Virus record (IMG/VR): IMGVR_UViG_2595698409_000001
Length of the DNA stretch: 64,000 nt
Origin: a virus
Reading direction: 5' to 3' (one strand)
Shown: piece by piece, positions 1 to 9,000 of the stretch
Layout of the letters: each line of letters opens with the position of its first letter
How positions within the stretch are numbered: the first letter of the stretch is position 1
The notes under the pieces: generated by a model
Database searches by the model: none
Seen by the model: only the letters and a program-made list of their open reading frames with translations
What the model was told of the DNA's origin: nothing
Translations under genes and position numbers: made by a program

Positions 1-2
1 AT

Positions 3-3000
3 GGCAGATTAAGTCAAATTATTGTAAAAGATCCAGGTAGTGGTTATTCTTCCCCACCAACAGTTGAGTTGAAATCTTCTTTCAACTATGTTGTTAACCT
101 AGATTTGGGATTACTTCAGTTTGCATTCCCACATGGTATTATTAATGGTGCTCAAGTAACTTTAGAAGCAGTTGATATTGGTGATGGCGTAGAATTTCCT
201 CTAGCCGCTGGTGCTATTGGTAGATTGAATTCTCAAACAACATATTATGCAATTTCTGGAGCAGAGCAATCTCTAGAAGCAGATCAGTTAAAACTTGCAA
301 TTACAGAATCAAATGCAGAACTTGGTGATGCTATTGGATATGTAAATGCTGGAATAGGTAGACAGCAAGTCTTAACTTCCTCGTTTGGTGGTGCTGCAGT
401 AGCAAATGTTGTTACCTCTACTTTCCTTGAAGGTGAGCAAGTATATCAAGGCGATTCAATACAAAATGCTACTGCGACTGGTTTTGTTTCTGAGAATAAT
501 GGTTGGCAAATTGGTCCTAGAATTTTAAAAATTGTAAATTATAACAACAACTTTAGCGTTGGTGAAAAAGTTACGGGAGTAATTTCCAAATCTGCTGGTG
601 TAATTAGTGATTTGAATATTGCTAGTGGCGTTCTTGAGATTGGTCCTATTACTAAAACTACAGGACAGTTTATTGATGATGTGGGTAAACCTTCTGAAAT
701 CATTCAAAAAATCCAAGACTCTTATTATTATCAAGACTTCTCTTATGCAGTTAAGTCCTCGGTTTCTATTAATGATTGGAAAAACATTCTTATCAAGAAT
801 GTCCACCCAGCATCCTTTAAAGTATTTGGTGAGTTGAATATCACCGAAAATGCAGTAATTCCAAACAAAGAAATTGATTTCCAATTAACTAAGTCTGTTG
901 AATTGGCAAGAAACGCAATTGTCCCCAACATTCAAAACTTTGCACTAGCAGAACCAATTTATCAAGATTTCAATAATACTGAAGTCTTATTCAGACAGAA
1001 GAGACTAACTTCTTCGGAGAATATTCTTACTTCTGTTGTCCAAAGACTTGATGATATTTCAAATCTGTTTGATGGTATCCGTACACAATTCCCACTGACA
1101 ATTGATCAGAATAATATTGTTGCTGATGCAAAACAGTTGATGATCGTTTTGAATGGTGTTGTCCAAACACCAGAAACTGCGTTTAAAGTATTAAGTGACT
1201 CTATTGTATTCAGCGAGCCTCCTTCACCTCCAGCAAGTATCAAATATGCAAGTGTCACAATTGAGCAGATAAGTATTGTCCAATTTGAATTTTCTAATCA
1301 GAGTGGCACGCCTCCAGATGATAACCAAATTGGTGCGGTCATTGTTGGCACACAGTCTGGTGCTAGAGCCCAACTTACAAAAGTACTTGGCACTAATAAT
1401 GTTGGTAACCTTGAGTTGGAAGGTTTCATTGCTGAGGGAGTCTTTATTGCAAATGAATTATGCACGATTAATGCTACTGGATATGCTGCAAACTTACAAT
1501 CAACTTCAGTACCAACTCAAGGATCTCTATTCTTCTATGGAGAAGAAATTAGAAATCTAGATGGAGATGAGGCAGTAATCGAGAGAGTAAACCTACAAAC
1601 AGGTCAAGAAACACCAATTGCAGAGTTAAGATATGCTATCGGTCTTTCTACAACTGTATTTGAAGTAATTCCTAGCACAGGAATTGCTGCACCAGTACTT
1701 GATGTGTTTGAATTGAATGAAAATTATCAAATCGGATCTGAAATTGTCACAGTAACTGGTATTACTCAAAATGTTGATTCTACTACACTAGAAGTTAGTA
1801 GAGAGCAAAATGGCACTGCTCTTTCTGCACAGCAAGCAGGAGTGCCGATATATGGGACTCAGATTGAAATTACAAATCAATTGGTTATTAGTAAGACAAC
1901 TGGTACTTATCAATCAACTCCAGGTCTATTTGATATTCAACTAAACGATGTTATTATTGCATCACAATCTGGAGTTGTGGCAAGAGTTATTGGAACTAGT
2001 GCATATCAAGATCCCTCAACACAACAATTTATTAGTCAGATTAATATTTCTGATGGATCTTCATTCTTTGGTCTTCTGTTTAATAGAATTACTTCTCCAG
2101 AATTCCCTAATATTGTTATTGATGATATTTCACAATCTCAGGTTAATGTAGTCGAATATGGTGATAATATATCTCTATTCAGCTCTAGTTTCCCAGCAAA
2201 TGAATTTATCAATAATTACAGCATCATCTATGATAATGCTGTAGGAACCTTCCAAGATAATGAGTTTATTAGAAATTGGAAGTTTGATTATGGAAATTCA
2301 TCTGATGATTTTGCTGCAAATGAAGAAGTAAATGTAAGGAAACTTACATTCAAAGATGCAGTTGGTGATGGATTCTTCACAGCGGGTCAAATTTTAAGAT
2401 CTCCAAATTCTAAGGCAGAAGTTATTGGATACAATCAAGCGAGAAGTATCATCTATCTTAGTAAGATGGCTAGGACTCAATCAACGGGTGAAGATTATCA
2501 TAATATGACGTTTGTTGCAGGTGCAGAAATAAACACATATAATGAAAAGTTTGGTAATGCTTGCTTAGCACTTTCTAAGGGCACTTCTGCTCATACTTTC
2601 GTAAGTGCTACAGAGAATGGAATCACCGCAGGTGGTGGCGCTACAGGCACCTTTACTGCTGCTACAGGCACCACATATGATGCTATCACTGGTGATATGA
2701 TCATTGAGATTGGCACACATACCTTAACTACATCTAATACTGTTACTATTGTTGCTAGTGGTGTTACATTTACTTGTGCATCTGATAACAATACAGCAGA
2801 GTATAGTTATCCTAGAGCGACTGATCCTCAGTTTGGTCAAGCAATTGCAATCTCTGCTGTAACTTCCACAACTATCACAGTCAATGTGGGTGCTGTCCCT
2901 GTTGATGAATATTTAACTATCCCAACCTCTACAGAGTTTGGATTCGGCACAGGAGATTTCACTCTTGAATTATGGATGAAGACTAACTCTATCGCTTCTG

Positions 3001-6000
3001 GTGGTAAAACCCTGTTAGACTTTAGATCCGCAACTGCTGAAGTTGCTCCTTATCTGTATCTTGACGGTGCAAATCTGAAGTATTATGTAAATGCTGCAGA
3101 AGTAATTACAGGCACAACTAACTTTGCAGTCAACAACTGGTATCACATTGCTATTTCTAGATCTTCTGGAACAACAAAACTATTCTTGAATGGTGTCCAA
3201 GAAGGTAGTGATTATGCCGATACTAATGATTATGGCAGCACAAAACCAATTCGTATTGGTGCTGCTTGGAATGCTACTAATGTATTGCCTGGTTATATTG
3301 ATGAATTGAGAGTATCTACAAATGCTCGTTATACTGCAGACTTTGGTAATCCTACGGGCATTTTCCAAGGTGACGCCAATACTGTGCTTCTAATTCACTT
3401 TGATGGTGCTCAGGGACAAACTTATACTGATGATTGGTCTGGTGAAGCAAATTGGACTAGAAGTGACTTCTTTAATAATGATGCAATTCTAGCAACTAAG
3501 AGATCCACGAATGGATCTAATTCTCAGCATAGTAATAATACTCAGAGATATTATGATGCTGCAAGTCTAATTGAAAATAACAGGGACTTCATTGGTGCTG
3601 AAACTCAAGCACTTATCCAAGTATCTCTGCCATATACACTTGATACATCAGCAGTTACTAATACTATTACAGCAAGTGACTATCTTTCAATGGGAAGTAA
3701 CACATACTTTGGTAAGTCTGTTGGTATTACTCAAGATAAAATTGTTGTTGGATCTTATGAAGCAGATATCCAAGGTGTTGGTAATAATCGTGGTGCAGTT
3801 TACACTTATAATCTAGATGGCACAGGTGAAGTTAAGATTGCTACTCCAACAGGTGGTGGTGGTGATGACTTTGGTTGGGATGTCGATGCATTCTATTCCA
3901 CTGCCGATTCTACATCCAAACTTGTAGTTGGTGCTCCATTCTATGAGCCATCTTCCTCCTACAGCAACAGTGGTATTGCATATATCTACAATGCTGATGG
4001 CACAAATCAAGTAATACTAAATGCTGATGTTATTACTAGCAATAACAGATTTGGTTATTCTTGTGCTGCAGGTGGTGGTAAGGTTGCTGTTGGTGCTTAT
4101 GGCGATGATACCTATCGTGGATCAGTCTTCATCTTTGATGAAGATGGTACAAATCGCATTAAGGTAACTGCGAGCGATAGTGCTACCTATGATTACTTTG
4201 GTTTCAGTATTGCTATTGCAAACAATAAACTAATTGTTGGCGCTTATGGTCATGAAGATACTGGTTCTGGTAGAGGATGTGTTTACGTTTATGATTTAGA
4301 TGGCACAAATGAGGTCAAGATTCAAGCAAGCGATGCAGAAAATGGTGATGCATTTGGATTTAGTGTTGCTGGTGATGGAGATAAGATTTTGGTCGGTGCT
4401 TACAGTGAAGACACTGGTGCAAGTGGCGCAGGATCTGCATACTTATACAATTATGATGGCACAGGAGAAATTAAATTCCAGTCAAATGATGTGCAGAGTG
4501 GAGACCAGTTTGGTCATGGAACGTTGCTGGTTGATGGTGAATTCATCATTGTTGGTAATGTATCTTATGATGGTATTAGTTCTAATGGTGGTGCTCTGGA
4601 GAAATTTATCTATGACAGTGATGCTGGCACAGTAACATATGATTCTACCCTACCACTTCCTTCTCATACTAGCAGTTTCCATGGTGAGTTCCGAGGCGGT
4701 AATATAGCATATGACACTACTGCTCGTAAGATGGTCTATGGTAATAGATATCAGACCGTTACAGGATTGACTCGTTCGGGTCAGGTCTTTGTCTTTGATT
4801 ACAATCAATCATCTACTGCATCAGGTTTTGACACTCCTATCAAGGAAACCTTAACTGCTCTTGTGGACGATCTTCGTGGTGGAAGTAATAGTCATATTTG
4901 GGATAATGCTGCTACTTATGTAAATAGATCTTCTTTACCGATTACATCCTTACTTAAGTTTATTGGTCAGGAAGCATCTCTGATTTCTGGATATACATCA
5001 TTGAAGACAATAATTCAAAATGTCATCAATAATTATCCTTTAACCGTTACTGGATCTCATGGAATTATTCAATTCACTGATGTTTCAATAACAGATTCTT
5101 CATATCCAACTCTAACAAAACTTACTCCAACAAACGTAGACTATAATGCTACAACTGGAGATATGGTTATTACCGTTGTTGGTCATACTTTAACAACAGC
5201 AGATGTAATTTCAATTGCTGAAGAGTCTTTGAAATTCACATGTAGTAGTGATGGAAATGTAAGAGTCCTATCGCATCCTCGTGTTAGTGACACTCGCGCT
5301 TTTAATGCAGCATTGAGAATCACTGCGACAACAACTGATACATTTACAATAAATGTTGGTGCTTCTCCAGCAGATCAGCAATATACTCATCAATTCTCTT
5401 CTGCTGATGCTGATGCAATCACGGTTTTGGATTATACTACTGGTGATTGTGCTGATGTTACAACAACAAATGATAACCTAATTGATATTGTTATTGATAC
5501 CTTAAATGAAGGTAGTGGCACAACTACAAACACGGCAGATGGTGATCATCTCGCCACAGTTACTAAACTATCTCCAGCTTATGAATTCCTTGGTGGTACT
5601 GTTGATGGATTCTATGAGATTCCTCTAACAGTAAGCAACTCACTTCCTAATGATCAAGTATTCTATACCAATAGAATTGGAAAAGAATCTAGAAACCGTT
5701 ATATTGATGCTGCAAATCTAATTAGACTGAATAGTTCGGTCATCGTAGATAAAGCATCATTCGATCTTCTAGCAAGATATCCAGACTTGGCAAATGATAT
5801 GCCAAGAAACGATCCTAATAATACTGATGATCCTAATGCAGGCACTCGTCGTTGTCAGACTGATTTGGCTCTATTGTTGGCATCTCTTGCTGATGATATT
5901 GAAAATGGTGGAAGTAAAAATACGGTTACTGTTTCTAACTTCTATCTTGGTGTTAATGATGCGTTGAATCATATCAGACTTCAAGTCTGGCAGTCTCTAT

Positions 6001-9000
6001 TCGCACATGATCGTCTTGGATTCTATATGAAGCAGGCGATCAATGGTAATCTTGTATCCGATGTTGGCACTGATGATATCATTGTTGGTGATTGGGGTAT
6101 TACTGATGATGCGATAGTCAATTTCACACCTACAGCAGCAACTTATGACGCTGCAACTGGTGTCATGGTTATTACTATTGGATCACATAGTCTTGCTTTA
6201 GGACGCCGCATTACAATCGCAGATAACTCACTAACATTCACTTGCACTTCTGATGGTAATGTTTCTAATGAGACATATCCACGCACAACTGACCCTGCAT
6301 CTGGAGTAAGTCTTGAGGTTACCGCTTCCACAGCAACAACGATTACAGTCAACGTTGGTGCATCTCCTGCAGGTCAGCAATATGCACATACATTTGTAAG
6401 TGCTGCTGCAAATGCAGTAAGCACAGCTGGTGAGTGTGCAAATGTTGAGACGGCAATTGATACATTAATTGATACCTTGAATGATGCTATTGCACCTGTT
6501 AGTGCAAATAACAACTATCGTATTGCAGCAGATAGACTTTACTTCAATAGACTGTTTATCCAGGAAGAGGTTCTAGGATCTATTATTGACGAATTTACTT
6601 ATTCGGTTGGAGGCACTACCTACAATTCCTATGACTTCAGTGGAGATAATAATCAAGAGCAGTTGAAAGATGATATCAATCTCTTCATTCTTTCTGCAAT
6701 TTCTGATTTACAAACGGGTGGTAGCAATAGCAGTATTGATGCAATCTCTACATTCTTGGATTCTAGACTTGAAGTTACGAGAATCGAAGATATTCTCACA
6801 GTCTTTATTTCTATCCTGAAAGAAGTTAAAACCCTTGGTATTAAGGCATTAAGAAATCAACTTTACAGTTTAAATGAGGGGACACAAACATCTCCAAATT
6901 ATCAAGGACAATTTACATCTCAATCTACATATCGCGATAGCGAATCTATTAGTGCTACTGATTTGAATGACTTCTCTTTCAGATTCCGAGATCTGATAGA
7001 AATCGTCATTAAGACCATTGCTCCTTCTGATATTATCGGTATGGGCGATGCAGCAAAACAAATATTATTTAATGAGCACTACTATGAATCTGAAATTTCT
7101 TCTATTGTTAATACTCAATTTGGATCAAATACTTGGCAGTATACAGATTTCCTAAATGGAATTTTGAAAGATGTGCTTCATGATGCTATTATTACCAATA
7201 CCACATCTTCAAATAGTCAAACTGCTAGAAGAATTTCTCTCTTGAGAGAAGGTGTTGTCAGTGAGATTGTATTTACTGCTGGCACAGGATATAGATCTGC
7301 CCCAACTATTACACTTGATCCTCCTGGCACTGGTATTACAGCAACTGCAGAAGTAGTATTGGATACTTCTGGTAGTCTTTCAAGTTTGTCTATCACTACT
7401 CCTGGATCTGGATATACATTCTCCCCAGATCTGGTATTTACTGGATCTACGTTTGATGTAGGTGATTCTCATGGAGGTAGCTCAACTCTTACTAATGGTG
7501 CTGTAACTGCTGTTACATACGATGGTATCGTATATGATTTTAACAATTCAGTCACTAGTGCTTTAACATTAGGATCTGCAGTTTCTATGACTGCAGGCAC
7601 AAGTGGAATGTTGACGGGTAGACAGTTACTATTGTTTGGCACTGGATCGGGCAGTCGCTTTGCATCTATCCAAACACCATTTGATACCACTTATGCAGAA
7701 ACTATTAGAGTTTATGTTATTGCTGGTGGGAGTAGTAACGGTGGCAATGCTCCAGAAATTAATGAAGATTTGAAGTTATATTATTCTACTACTGGATCTA
7801 ATTGGGTATTGATTGATACACTTGTTGAGGGTGGATCAACTGGAACTTCTAAAGAATACACAAACTTTAATACTCTAAATTATGTTGATATAACCTTACC
7901 TACCCTTGCAAGAGCACAGACAATCTACTTCCGATTCCAGCAGGATCAGTATACCGATGGATCTTTTGATCAGTATGGTGTTACTAGAATTGGTTTGATC
8001 GATGGCGCTCAACAGTTTAGTATCGATACAACGATTGCGGTAAACAATGCATCACTTGAAAGTGGCACACCATCTACCGCAGAGGTTGAACTTGTAACTG
8101 GTATTGGTATTGCTGCTATCAATATTACTAATCCTGGATCAGGATACGATCCTGCAAATCCACCTACGGCAACTCTTACTGGTGGTGGCACCACTAATCC
8201 TGGCACTATTACAGATCTATCTGTTTCTCTCGATAACAGCAGATTTATTGTTAATGCAGAAATTACTAATGGTAGTGGCACAACTGGTAATGTGTTAGAA
8301 GATTCTGGTAATAATCTTTATATTGGATCTATCACTGGATCTGGATTTGCAGATGGTGATACTCTGACACAAGGTTTGGTTACTGCAGAAATTCCTTCCA
8401 ATGGTGTTGGACCTGAAATTAATTATTATAATGATATCGCTAATGTTGAAACTATCAATACGGCAAGAAATATATCATCTTTAGTTGAAGGAGAAATTAT
8501 CTCTGCAAACTTACTAACTAATCCAGAGTTTGCAACTACCAGCACTTGGAGACGATCGAGATCGAATCTTATTAATGCTGCTGCCCTTGCTCCAGATGCA
8601 ACACAAACTGCAATTGCATGGAGATCAAATACTACATCGTCAACCTCCCATTATGTGTATCGGGATTATTATCTAACTGCATATGAAACATTAGATAATG
8701 GTAGTATCAAATTTGATACTAGCAATACAACGTTTGATGAAGGTGCTCCTAGTGATGGATCGAAACGCCAGTTTACATATTCATTCTTCGCTAAGTCTGT
8801 TGATTATGATGAGCTTTACGTGCGAATCCAAGCTTATAATAGCTCAACTTCTCAGAGAATTAACTTCTCTAGAGTCAATATTGAGACTGGCGTTGTTAGC
8901 GGTATTAGTAGTCAGGGACAAGCATTTGATATTGAAGAATATGGTTCTGTCCCATATGGCAATGGGTGGTTTAGATTCTACTTCACATTCTCAGTTTCCT

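Noticed and set aside
69-71. TTG start of the giant ORF
   Set aside because: The frame is open to the window edge, so the gene begins upstream.
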